A model generated the notes under the pieces. It was not told the DNA's origin. It worked only from the letters and a program-made list of their open reading frames with translations, and made no database searches. 64,000 nt of DNA from a virus (Duplodnaviria > Caudoviricetes), in IMG/VR virus record IMGVR_UViG_3300028886_000028, positions 160,001 to 224,000 of that record; one strand, 5' to 3'. The translations under genes and the position numbers were made by a program. Each line of letters begins with the position of its first letter. Within the stretch, counting starts at the first letter, position 1. Below, piece by piece: positions 19,943 through 29,188 of this stretch.

Positions 19943-20623
19943 ATGATTACAAAAAAATGCATTATCGTTGTGTTGTCTTTATTGCTTTTATTAGCCGGGT
20001 TAATTTGTTTTACTCATTATAAAATGATTGAAACAAATAGGAAGATTGACGAAATTGAATTTAAAGATAGTACAAACACTTATAATAAGATTTATTATGA
20101 AACTAGTATCAAAGAATTAAAAAAGAAAAATAAACAACTTTACGATTCTTTAGCCGCTAGTAAAGATAAAATAGACTATCTCATTCAGTTTACTTCAAAA
20201 CAAGAATATAATACAGGCAAAGTAATAGTTAAAAAAGAGAAAGTACATGATACAATTTATGTTGATAGCATCAAATTTGCGAATGATAAAACATTTGAAT
20301 ACACAAATGTGAATCCAAATGATACTATGAATTATAAATTGCAAATTAACGCAAAAGAAGAACCAAATTGGTATTCCCTTAAAATTAACACAAGTACAAA
20401 ATACACAATTGTAAATAAAGAAGGGGAAAATGGGCAAAACCATATTACAATTGGAGAAGATACGCATTCTGCTGACATAACAGATGTAACAGTATTTAAA
20501 AAGGATAAAAAAACAGTTTGGAAAAGATTTTCAATCGGCCCTAGCGTTACAGGAGGATATGATTTAATAAATAAACAATTTGGCGTAATGGCGGGAGTAT
20601 CAATAACATATAATTTGAAATAA
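19943..20623 (+). CDS. Spanin-like membrane protein
   Basis: N-terminal TM, coiled coil, and C-terminal amphipathic beta strands (GPSVTGGYD...GVSITYNL). Confidence 0.5.
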   Translation: MITKKCIIVVLSLLLLLAGLICFTHYKMIETNRKIDEIEFKDSTNTYNKIYYETSIKELKKKNKQLYDSLAASKDKIDYLIQFTSKQEYNTGKVIVKKEKVHDTIYVDSIKFANDKTFEYTNVNPNDTMNYKLQINAKEEPNWYSLKINTSTKYTIVNKEGENGQNHITIGEDTHSADITDVTVFKKDKKTVWKRFSIGPSVTGGYDLINKQFGVMAGVSITYNLK

Positions 20624-20635
20624 TAAACAATAAGT

Positions 20636-21373
20636 ATGAAATATTTAAAATTATTTAATGACCATGCTGAATATGAAGTTGCTAAGAATGGTTTAATACT
20701 ACCTAATGTATCAAATTGTGTTAATACACAAAATGAAGTGCATTATAATCCTTATGACCCATATGCAGGCCATGAGTATGTTGAGATTGGCGGCTTGAAA
20801 TGGGCAACAATGAACATTGGTGCTTCGCAGCCAAGTGATTATGGTTTGTATTTCCAATGGGGTGACACACAAGGCTACACTGCTGAACAAGTAGGTAGTG
20901 GTGAAGGACAGAAATACTTTGGTTGGGAAGACTATAAATACGGTAATGGTACAAGTTCGCCAGGTGCTACAGGAATGACCAAGTATAACTCTACTGATGG
21001 CTTAACAACACTTGAGGCTGTTGATGATGCTGCTGTTGCTAATTGGGGTGGCAGTTGGCGTATGCCAACAACTGATGAATTCCAAGCTCTTGGTGCTGCC
21101 GTAAACACTGCATGGACTCAAGTTAACAACGTGTATGGTATGTTATGTACAGATAAGGAAGATAGTTCCAAGACATTATTCTTCCCTGCTGCTGGCAGCT
21201 GTCTCAATGGCAGTGTCAGATTCGTAGGCAATGACGGTGGCTATTGGTCTAGTTCTCTTGACACTGATGGTGGGCAGGACGCCTACGACTTGGACTTTTT
21301 CAGTAGCTATGCTGACTGGGGTAGCAGCGGCAGCCGCTGCTGCGGCTTCGCAGTTCGTCCTGTGGTTGGTTGA
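20636..21373 (+). CDS. Anchor-peptide + C-type lectin protein; probable DGR target
   Basis: Conserved N-terminal peptide; KWATMNIGA, YFQWG, WRMPT, FFPAAG, YWSSS, G.AVRPV; GC- and NNC-rich 3' region. Confidence 0.88.
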   Translation: MKYLKLFNDHAEYEVAKNGLILPNVSNCVNTQNEVHYNPYDPYAGHEYVEIGGLKWATMNIGASQPSDYGLYFQWGDTQGYTAEQVGSGEGQKYFGWEDYKYGNGTSSPGATGMTKYNSTDGLTTLEAVDDAAVANWGGSWRMPTTDEFQALGAAVNTAWTQVNNVYGMLCTDKEDSSKTLFFPAAGSCLNGSVRFVGNDGGYWSSSLDTDGGQDAYDLDFFSSYADWGSSGSRCCGFAVRPVVG

Positions 21374-21500
21374 GAATTCATCATCACCAATAAACCAAAA
21401 TAAACTTGATTGCCACAAGCGTCAGCCCAAGGCAATCAAGTTTTCTATTTATGCCACCTTGTTATGCATATACTAATGCCAACAGATATATAGTTTCCAA
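21350..21500 (+). repeat. Conserved 3' end + hairpin + cassette end, nearly identical to 30841-30990 (reverse strand)
   Basis: About 150 bp near-identity, including a 13-bp stem (AAACTTGATTGCC 21402-21414 / GGCAATCAAGTTT 21431-21443) and the end site at 21479-21498. Confidence 0.92.
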
Positions 21501-21591
21501 ACTTAAAGCGAACTTTTCATGTTAAATTCTTTATTTATTAGTATTTTTTTTTATTTTTTATAAAAATAATAATTCAGAAAGCAAAAAGTAA

Positions 21592-22065
21592 ATGTTACAG
21601 GATGAAATAATGAAATTGGGAGATTACTTTAGAGGAATTGAATATTTCAATGATGCCCTAATTGTAAAAGTTAATTTCCCACCACGATGGCAAGTATATC
21701 CTTCAATAGATGGCAATATAAAGCCCGCCAGTGGAGAAAAAATAGCAGGTGAGTACTTTTATTATGGGGATATGAATAAAGTGTCTCTTGATGAAATTTT
21801 TGAACTGATTAAGGAAACAATTGATGCAAATAAGGATGCAGAATCTAAAATTCAATTGCTCAATGATAAAGTTAATGAACTTAAAGAGTTGTTTAAAAGA
21901 GAGCCATTAGATAGGCTTTTAAAATTGAATTTCATAATAGAAGAAGCGAAAGAAAAAAAACCAAAAAGAAAATACAATAAAAAAAAGAAAGTTGAAGATG
22001 TTAAAGTTGAATCAGATACTATTTTAACAGAACCGGTAATTATTGAAAATGAAAAGGAAGATTAA
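21592..22065 (+). CDS. Hypothetical protein
   Basis: ORF track. Confidence 0.7.
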   Translation: MLQDEIMKLGDYFRGIEYFNDALIVKVNFPPRWQVYPSIDGNIKPASGEKIAGEYFYYGDMNKVSLDEIFELIKETIDANKDAESKIQLLNDKVNELKELFKREPLDRLLKLNFIIEEAKEKKPKRKYNKKKKVEDVKVESDTILTEPVIIENEKED

Positions 22066-22068
22066 AAT

Positions 22069-22419
22069 ATGATTTTATTAATTTATTTTTTATTAGCTTA
22101 TGGCATTTGTAATATTATAATTTTTGCAAATGGGCCGTTTCATATATTTAAAAAAATGCATTCATATTTAAAAGAAAACCATCCATTACTTGAGGAAATG
22201 AGTTCCTGTTTTATATGTTTGCCAACATGGGTGGGAATGTTTTTAAGTGCTGTTAATTTGGTATTATTTCCATTCATTCCATTCACTCCAATGAATTTTG
22301 TATTAGAAAGCAAAAGCCTATGGTTTATTATTATATTTTTTGATGGTTTAATAACATCTGGTGGATGTTGGCTGATGCATACATTGCAAGAGGCCATAGA
22401 ACGTAGTAATAATAGTTAA
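22069..22419 (+). CDS. Small membrane protein (DUF1360-like, C..C..W motif)
   Basis: Hydrophobic helices with SCFICLPTWVG. Confidence 0.55.
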   Translation: MILLIYFLLAYGICNIIIFANGPFHIFKKMHSYLKENHPLLEEMSSCFICLPTWVGMFLSAVNLVLFPFIPFTPMNFVLESKSLWFIIIFFDGLITSGGCWLMHTLQEAIERSNNS

Positions 22420-22444
22420 AAAGGAATAATATTGTGAAATAAAA

Positions 22445-22696
22445 ATGGAATATGAATTAGTTAGAGAACTAAGGGGTTTGAAAAATGATAAATTAATGAC
22501 GGATAGAGCCGTTGATTTTGAAAAAAATCGTTGGGCTGAAATGCTTAAAGGCGATGTCGGACAAGATATTAAAGATGTTTTAAGTGGTAAGAAAAAAGTT
22601 AAATTGACGTTTAACGAAGTTATAAATTATAAATTGAAGTTTTATAAAAATAAAATTAAAAAAATGTTTACGAAAAATGAAAAGCACATTGTATGA
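22445..22696 (+). CDS. Hypothetical protein
   Basis: ORF track. Confidence 0.6.
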   Translation: MEYELVRELRGLKNDKLMTDRAVDFEKNRWAEMLKGDVGQDIKDVLSGKKKVKLTFNEVINYKLKFYKNKIKKMFTKNEKHIV

Positions 22697-23258
22697 AAAA
22701 GTTAAATATGTAATAGAAAGGCTGTTTTTCCACGGTAAAAGATTTGTAGAAGATACTGGAGAAATTTTTAAAGATAGAATTGACACAGCAGAAAAAGCAA
22801 GAGAACTGTTATCAACAGCAAGAGTTAATGATTTATTTGAAATAGAAAATGCAGTACGTGGAGTATATTTTTCAAATGGTAAAATTAATTCACATATGCC
22901 GGCTGATGAATATACATTAAATGATGATTATGGCTTTAAATTATATTATTTCAATAAACAAAAAGCAGATTTTATTCCTGATGAAGAAATGATAAAGGTA
23001 TCAAATGTAATTAATTCTTTGACAAACAAACCTAATATTGTGTTTGCAATAAGAAATGGATTTGGGTATCAATATTATTTTAGAATACACGAAGGGAAAA
23101 ATGGAAACGGAGATTTTGTCGATAATGATTTGAAAAATGTTGTTAAATATCTTGATTCAATGAAAGAAGCAGGCGCAACATGGAGAACAATAACTGATTT
23201 GTTAAACGATATTCAAGATGACGTTTCAAATTGGGTAATAACATTTACAGTATATTAA
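22677..23258 (+). CDS. Hypothetical protein
   Basis: ORF track. Confidence 0.65.
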   Translation: MKSTLYEKVKYVIERLFFHGKRFVEDTGEIFKDRIDTAEKARELLSTARVNDLFEIENAVRGVYFSNGKINSHMPADEYTLNDDYGFKLYYFNKQKADFIPDEEMIKVSNVINSLTNKPNIVFAIRNGFGYQYYFRIHEGKNGNGDFVDNDLKNVVKYLDSMKEAGATWRTITDLLNDIQDDVSNWVITFTVY

Positions 23259-23506
23259 TGGAACTTTCACTTAATAGTATCAAGATTTATGAACTTGGTG
23301 AATATATCACTAAATTCCTTGGAGAAAATGGTTTAACAAGAGAAAATGACCTCGTAATAAAGGTTACAAAAGAAGAATTAAAAAAAATAGATGAAGACCT
23401 TTATTATAGAAATAAACCAGAAGGAAAAGAATTTATACCATCAGATAATGATGTTGTGGTTAAATTTGAGAATCTAAATATCATATTTACAGTTGAAGAA
23501 AATTAA
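23258..23506 (+). CDS. Hypothetical protein
   Basis: Coupled TAATG start. Confidence 0.6.
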   Translation: MELSLNSIKIYELGEYITKFLGENGLTRENDLVIKVTKEELKKIDEDLYYRNKPEGKEFIPSDNDVVVKFENLNIIFTVEEN

Positions 23507-24189
23507 GGTCTTAATGAGTTTCTACGAATTTTTAAATCTGACCAGTTGGTCAGATTTTTTATTTTTTGAAACCAAGTTTTTCTAAGTTTGCTATGAAAAG
23601 CGTCTCCTGAAAAGAAAACATATTTAAGTTTATTTTTTTCGCATTCTCTTTCTAATTCATTAAATAGTCTTATGCAATCTGATTCATTTTTACACATAAC
23701 CATGTTAAGTGAATTTGTTGTAGAAATTAAAAGTTTATTTTGGTAAATTAATATTTGTTTGAAATTATATTTATTTGATTCATTTGATATTAAGTTACCA
23801 TATATCCATTCAAAATTTTTTCTTTGAAAAACTGGATGAAAGCCATATACCCAAAAAGTCTCTTCTTTATCATAGTTTTCCCTGTCATATATTATCCAAT
23901 TTTCATTATTTGTTTTATAATTAATTATTTTACCGTTCTCGTCTTTTAATTTGGTACTTTCAGTATTATCATCATTTCTTTTAATAATATACAATTCATA
24001 ATTTGCATTTATTAATTTTCCAACATTGATATATCTAACCGGAAATTTTATTTTTTTATTTTCTGAAATTAATTCTTCAAACTTTTTATTAACCAATTTT
24101 TCCGATGCGCAGTTATACAATGTTTTAATCATTTTTCCATTGCTTACTAATATAATATGATATATATTTTTTTTGGGTATTTTTTGCAT
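23503..24189 (-). CDS. Hypothetical protein
   Basis: ORF track. Confidence 0.65.
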   Translation of the reverse strand: MQKIPKKNIYHIILVSNGKMIKTLYNCASEKLVNKKFEELISENKKIKFPVRYINVGKLINANYELYIIKRNDDNTESTKLKDENGKIINYKTNNENWIIYDRENYDKEETFWVYGFHPVFQRKNFEWIYGNLISNESNKYNFKQILIYQNKLLISTTNSLNMVMCKNESDCIRLFNELERECEKNKLKYVFFSGDAFHSKLRKTWFQKIKNLTNWSDLKIRRNSLRP

Positions 24190-24293
24190 ATTTTAATTAA
24201 ATTATTTCTTTTTTTTAATATTTTTTTGTATATTTGTTGTGAATTATATAAAATATTTGTTAAAATAAGTTAAAATAAATAGAAATTATAGGT

Positions 24294-24752
24294 ATGAAAC
24301 TATTTGAGACATCACAAGACATTAAAGATTTGGTGCAAGAAAAATGGGAAGATACTGGTTTGGCTCAGGTTGGCATAGATTTAAAAGTAATTTCAACTCC
24401 AAAGGCTAAAACTATATTGAAGGCCCAAAGGTCAAACGCAACAACTCATTTTTTAACAAAAAAAGATGTAATAGTAACAGTGTTTGAGGAAGCATTTGAT
24501 AGATTATCTGACGAGCATAAAAATTTGCTTGTTGAAGGGGCGTTGAGCAATATAAATTATGATTCAGAAAAAGACAAAATAAGTGTAGATGGAGATTTTG
24601 CTAGAGAAGTTTTCAGAATGAGGCGTAAATATCCAAATTATGTTGATGTTGCTGAAGAATCATACATAGTTATTGAGCAAATAGAGGAAGAAGAAAAACG
24701 TAGAAAAGAAGAAGAACGTCTTGCAAAAAAAGAAAAGAAAAATAATAGATAA
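24294..24752 (+). CDS. Hypothetical protein
   Basis: ORF behind a TAnnTTTG promoter. Confidence 0.65.
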   Translation: MKLFETSQDIKDLVQEKWEDTGLAQVGIDLKVISTPKAKTILKAQRSNATTHFLTKKDVIVTVFEEAFDRLSDEHKNLLVEGALSNINYDSEKDKISVDGDFAREVFRMRRKYPNYVDVAEESYIVIEQIEEEEKRRKEEERLAKKEKKNNR

Positions 24753-24765
24753 AATTATATAAGTA

Positions 24766-25455
24766 ATGAAAGATAAATTAATACATGTATGTTTCATAAT
24801 TGATTCTAGTGGGTCAATGGCGGGAAGCGAAAAAGATGTTATAGGAGGATTCAAGAAAACAATTGATGAACAAAAAGCAGTAAAGGATGGAGAGTGTATA
24901 GTTTCTTTGTATGATTTTGCTAGCGAAGTGAGACAAGTATATCTTGGTAAGTCTCTTGACGAAGTTGATAATATTGACTATAAGGTTGGAGGCATGACGA
25001 AGCTATACGATGGTATAGGGACTGCTATTGATGAAATTGGAAAATGGCTTTCTGATATGAAAGAGGAAGACAGACCAAGTAAAAATCTTATAGTAATCAT
25101 AACAGATGGCGGAGAAAATTCATCAATTGAATATTCTTTAAAAGACGTTAAAGACAGAATAAAAACTCAAACAGATGTATACTCATGGGATTTTATTTAT
25201 TTGGGTAATGACCTTTCTGATGCTAAAGATGCGAATGACTTAGGCTTTAAATTTAAAGGGTTCACAACAAAGAAAAAGTTCTATAACAATTATAATGCCA
25301 TTAGCACAGGCTTAACTGCTTTTAGGTGTGCAGCAACTGTTTCTGAAGCAAATTTGGCACTTACTAGTAGTATAGAATCTTCTATTAATTCCTTAAATGA
25401 AGAATATAAGGATGATACTGGCATAGATTTTACTAATAGTGATAATTATGATTGA
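24766..25455 (+). CDS. von Willebrand factor A domain protein
   Basis: MIDAS motif DSSGSM, T.LYD, IITDG.EN.S. Confidence 0.9.
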   Translation: MKDKLIHVCFIIDSSGSMAGSEKDVIGGFKKTIDEQKAVKDGECIVSLYDFASEVRQVYLGKSLDEVDNIDYKVGGMTKLYDGIGTAIDEIGKWLSDMKEEDRPSKNLIVIITDGGENSSIEYSLKDVKDRIKTQTDVYSWDFIYLGNDLSDAKDANDLGFKFKGFTTKKKFYNNYNAISTGLTAFRCAATVSEANLALTSSIESSINSLNEEYKDDTGIDFTNSDNYD

Positions 25456-25495
25456 AAGATATGGGAGTGGTAGAACACTCCCTTTTTGAATTAAA

Positions 25496-26311
25496 ATGGC
25501 AGAATATGATTTATATTTAGACGATTGCATTAGTAGAATGCAAAAATTAGTCAAAGAAGGCGTTAAAGTAGATTTAACTATAAGCAGCCCCCCTTATGAT
25601 GAAATATATGATTATAGTGGCACTCTGATATGGAATTATGATATATTTAAAGAAGTAGCAAAAAAACTATATGAAATCACAAAAGACGGTGGCATTGTTG
25701 TATGGGTTGTAAATGACCAAATGAAAAATGGGTCTGAATCAGGTACATCGTTTAAGCAAGCGTTATATTTTATGGAGGTTGGTTTTAAATTGCATGATAC
25801 TATGATTTATGCCAAGAATAACCCTGTTCCAAATGCAAAGACAAGATACCAACAGTCATTTGAATATATGTTTGTGCTTTCCAAAGGAAAGCCTAAAACA
25901 ACTAATATACTGACAGAGCCGCGTAGTAACAAATGGAACGATAAAAGGTGCTTCAGGAAAGAAAAAAGGTTCAACAGAGATAAAGATGGACAATTTTCTG
26001 TTAAAAAGGATTTTAAGTTTGACATTAACGAAGAAGTACCAAGAAGAAATATTTGGTATTATTCTGTTGGACTAAATGGTAGTACCAAAGATAAGGATGC
26101 ATTTAAGCATCCTGCTATTTTTCCTGAGAAATTAGCGCAAGACCACATATTAAGTTGGTCTAATGAAGGAGATTTGGTTTTAGACCCATTTATGGGAAGT
26201 GGAACGACTGGTAAAATGGCTATTATTAACAATAGGAATTTTATTGGTATTGAAAAAGTTGATGAATATTATAATATAGCCATTGAAAGAATTAGTCAGG
26301 CTACTAAGTAA
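25496..26311 (+). CDS. DNA methyltransferase, beta class (probably m4C)
   Basis: SPPY catalytic motif precedes HPAIFP and DPFMGSGTT. Confidence 0.92.
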   Translation: MAEYDLYLDDCISRMQKLVKEGVKVDLTISSPPYDEIYDYSGTLIWNYDIFKEVAKKLYEITKDGGIVVWVVNDQMKNGSESGTSFKQALYFMEVGFKLHDTMIYAKNNPVPNAKTRYQQSFEYMFVLSKGKPKTTNILTEPRSNKWNDKRCFRKEKRFNRDKDGQFSVKKDFKFDINEEVPRRNIWYYSVGLNGSTKDKDAFKHPAIFPEKLAQDHILSWSNEGDLVLDPFMGSGTTGKMAIINNRNFIGIEKVDEYYNIAIERISQATK

Positions 26312-26327
26312 ATATATTTTTAGCATA

Positions 26328-27140
26328 ATGATTGATATAAATAAAATATATTGCGGCGATGCTGTAAAAATTCTTGAAAATATTGATAACGATAGTGTTG
26401 ACCTTGTTGTAACATCGCCGCCATATAGTAATCTTAGGAATTACGGTAACACTTTAATTGATTGGAATCATGATAAATTCAAAGAAATAGCCAATGAATT
26501 AAATAGGGTTTTAAAGCCGGGAGGGGTTATTGTATGGGTTGTTGGTGATAAAACAGAAAATGGCTCTGAAACTTGTATTCCTTTTAAGCAAACATTGTAT
26601 TTCAGAGATATAGGACTAAACCTTAACGATACGATGATATTCTTTAAAAGTAATCCTATGCCACAAGTTAAACAGCCAAGGTATAGAGATTGTTTTGAGT
26701 ATATGTTTGTTTTTTCTAAAGGGAAGCCAAGCACATTCAATCCTATCATGAGAAAATGTACTGAGAGTGGAAAACATTATAAATCAACTGTTAGAGTTAT
26801 AAACACAGATAATGATAGAAAAGATATTGATTATTTTGTAAGCGATGAAACAGTTGACTATAATGTATGGAGAATGTCCGTAGCGCAAAATAAAATTTTG
26901 TATGATTTAGGAGATAAAAAAATAAAACATCCGGCAGTATTTCCGTATGATATTCCGTTTAAACATATAAAAACCTGGACAAATGAAGGAGATTTAGTTT
27001 TAGACCCATTTATGGGAAGCGGAACCACAGCATTAGCAGCAATAAATTTGAAAAGGAATTATATAGGTATTGATGCTAATGAAGATTATTGTAAAATTGC
27101 TGACATTAGGATAAAAGCAAACGAAACATCTAAAAAATAA
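26328..27140 (+). CDS. DNA methyltransferase, beta class (probably m4C), tandem paralogue
   Basis: TSPPY, HPAVFP, DPFMGSGTT. Confidence 0.92.
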   Translation: MIDINKIYCGDAVKILENIDNDSVDLVVTSPPYSNLRNYGNTLIDWNHDKFKEIANELNRVLKPGGVIVWVVGDKTENGSETCIPFKQTLYFRDIGLNLNDTMIFFKSNPMPQVKQPRYRDCFEYMFVFSKGKPSTFNPIMRKCTESGKHYKSTVRVINTDNDRKDIDYFVSDETVDYNVWRMSVAQNKILYDLGDKKIKHPAVFPYDIPFKHIKTWTNEGDLVLDPFMGSGTTALAAINLKRNYIGIDANEDYCKIADIRIKANETSKK

Positions 27141-27151
27141 AATTATAAGTA

Positions 27152-27826
27152 ATGGACAGTTTAATAAAAGATTTTAGAAAGTTCGCATTTGATAAAACAA
27201 ATGTAAGGCCATCAGCGTTAGATGCCAAAGTTAAATCAGTAGATAATATAATGCCATTTATTTTGGAAGAAAGAAAAATGAATGTCACCCAAATGGATGT
27301 TTTCAGTAGACTATTATTTGATAGAATTATTTATTTTTCCGGCGTGGTAGATGAAGATTCTTGTAATACAGTTATTGCACAATTGCTTTATTTATCATCT
27401 ACAGATAATAGGGATATAAACATATACATCAATAGTCCCGGTGGCTCAGTTGTAGATGGCCTTGGTGTAATTGACACTATTAATTTTGTTCCTTGTGACA
27501 TAACAACAACGTGTGTTGGAATGGCAGCATCAATGGGTGCAGTTTTGTTGAGTTGTGGCGCTAAAGGAAAAAGGCTTGTTTTGCCACATAGTAGAGTTAT
27601 GATTCATCAAGTATCTAGCAGCCAATCTGGTACTTTTTCAGACTTGGCAATTGAACTTGAACAAACTTTAAGATGCAAAAGGGATATATATAACATACTT
27701 GCTAAAAATACAGGCAAATCATATGAGCAGATAGAAAAAGATTGTGATAGAAACTTTTGGCTTATAGGTAAAGAAGCTGTAGATTATGGTATTGCTGATA
27801 AAGTTTTAAGTAAAGCTGAAAAATAA
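27152..27826 (+). CDS. clpP: ATP-dependent Clp protease proteolytic subunit
   Basis: DVFSRLL, YINSPGG, GMAASMG, RVMIHQ, DRNFW. Confidence 0.95.
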   Translation: MDSLIKDFRKFAFDKTNVRPSALDAKVKSVDNIMPFILEERKMNVTQMDVFSRLLFDRIIYFSGVVDEDSCNTVIAQLLYLSSTDNRDINIYINSPGGSVVDGLGVIDTINFVPCDITTTCVGMAASMGAVLLSCGAKGKRLVLPHSRVMIHQVSSSQSGTFSDLAIELEQTLRCKRDIYNILAKNTGKSYEQIEKDCDRNFWLIGKEAVDYGIADKVLSKAEK

Positions 27827-27896
27827 AGGAGAATGAAACGTTTCTCCTTTATTTTTTAAACTAATATTATATTTATTAAAAAATAAAGTAGCAAAT

Positions 27897-28301
27897 ATGA
27901 TATTAAGGTTAATAGAATCTGATTTGCATAAGCTAATATCTTCTACAGTTAAGAAAATATTAAAGGAGAATTCAGAAAATAATGTAATATTAAGTAAAAT
28001 AGTTGAAGGCTTATCAATCTCTGGTATTCCATCAAAAATAGGGATGAATCAGGTAGACATCCCTCTTGATTACAATGGTAATGTTATCGCATGCATAGAT
28101 TATGAAATAGAAGAAAAACAAGGAGATTATAATGTGTTTATAACGTCTATTGTAATAGATGACGATGGTAAAGAATTCGAAATTGAAGATAATGGCATGG
28201 TTACGAATGCATTAAAAAATTTAATTGAACCGTGGACAGAAGATGTTGGATATTATGAAGAAGATGACGACCAATCTGGATGGAATGAAAATTGGAAATA
28301 A
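27897..28301 (+). CDS. Putative internal head protein, acidic
   Basis: MILRLIESDLHKLISSTVKKILKE leader. Confidence 0.6.
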   Translation: MILRLIESDLHKLISSTVKKILKENSENNVILSKIVEGLSISGIPSKIGMNQVDIPLDYNGNVIACIDYEIEEKQGDYNVFITSIVIDDDGKEFEIEDNGMVTNALKNLIEPWTEDVGYYEEDDDQSGWNENWK

Positions 28302-28333
28302 ATAATAATTATTATATAAAAACATTAAGAAAC

Positions 28334-28462
28334 ATGGCATGTGGATGTAAAAACAAGGCAGCAAATGCAAGTACAAATGTGGTAAAATCAGCCCCAACAC
28401 AGGAGTCTAAGCCTCAGAAGACTTCAAATGGAGCAAGAATAATCAAAAGAGAAATTAGATAA
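28334..28462 (+). CDS. Small basic protein MACGCK... (42 aa)
   Basis: ATG..TAA ORF read manually, filling the intergenic gap. Confidence 0.55.
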   Translation: MACGCKNKAANASTNVVKSAPTQESKPQKTSNGARIIKREIR

Positions 28463-28464
28463 TT

Positions 28465-28821
28465 ATGATTGACGCACCAAAAACAACATTATTAAATAAT
28501 ATAGATGACTTGGATTTAGTATTTCTTGAAGGGGAAAACGATTTAGAGTTTGAAATAGATGATTATTCATTTGTTGTAACATATTCCCTAGAAGAAGATG
28601 ATTTTTTCACTGAAGATGATGAGGAAATCAAAGGAGGAAAAAAACTGAAAATTTTATCAATAAACGCATATGATAATGTAGAGAATGAAGACATAAACGT
28701 TAACGTTGATGACGAAATGCAAAAATTATTCTCAGATTATTATAAAAATATGTTAAATGATGAAGGATATGAGCCATTAAATGTTAATTTTGGTGAATTT
28801 TCTGATTTTATGGATGAATAA
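28465..28821 (+). CDS. Highly acidic hypothetical protein
   Basis: D/E-rich ORF. Confidence 0.6.
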   Translation: MIDAPKTTLLNNIDDLDLVFLEGENDLEFEIDDYSFVVTYSLEEDDFFTEDDEEIKGGKKLKILSINAYDNVENEDINVNVDDEMQKLFSDYYKNMLNDEGYEPLNVNFGEFSDFMDE

Positions 28822-28910
28822 TTTCTTTTTTTGATATTTTTTTTGTATCTTTGCTAAAAGAAATTAATGGGGCAGAGCGTTACCTAAGAGACAACAGCCC
28901 CATTAAATTT

Positions 28911-28992
28911 GGCAGAATGGCGGAATTGGCAGACGCGCATCACTCAAAATGATGTATCTCATGGTGTAAGGGTTCAAGTCCCTTTTCTGCTA
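28911..28992 (+). tRNA. tRNA-Leu(CAA)
   Basis: GGCAGAA/TTCTGCT acceptor, CATCA-CTCAAAA-TGATG anticodon arm, long variable region, GGTTCAAGTCC T arm. Confidence 0.88.
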
Positions 28993-29039
28993 CAATTATA
29001 AAAGTAGTCCAACCTTGGCAAAGGTTAAAATATAAAACA

Positions 29040-29180
29040 AGGAAAGTAACAGCAAGCATTTGTAATACGCGATGGCTCCGCTGACTAATATGGTCGTTTA
29101 GGTTCGAATCCTAACATATGAGGATAACTCGTAGTGTGGTGGAATTGGTAGACACGGCGGAATAATTAAAATTCTTTCCT
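29040..29180 (+). ncRNA. Circularly permuted tRNA-like RNA (YrlA/Y-RNA-like architecture)
   Basis: Order is variable arm, T arm (TTAGG-TTCGAAT-CCTAA), acceptor-like hairpin closed by GATAA, then Leu-type D arm. TCCGC/GCGGA and AGGAAAG/CTTTCCT form closing stems. Confidence 0.7.
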
Positions 29181-29188
29181 AAATAGAT

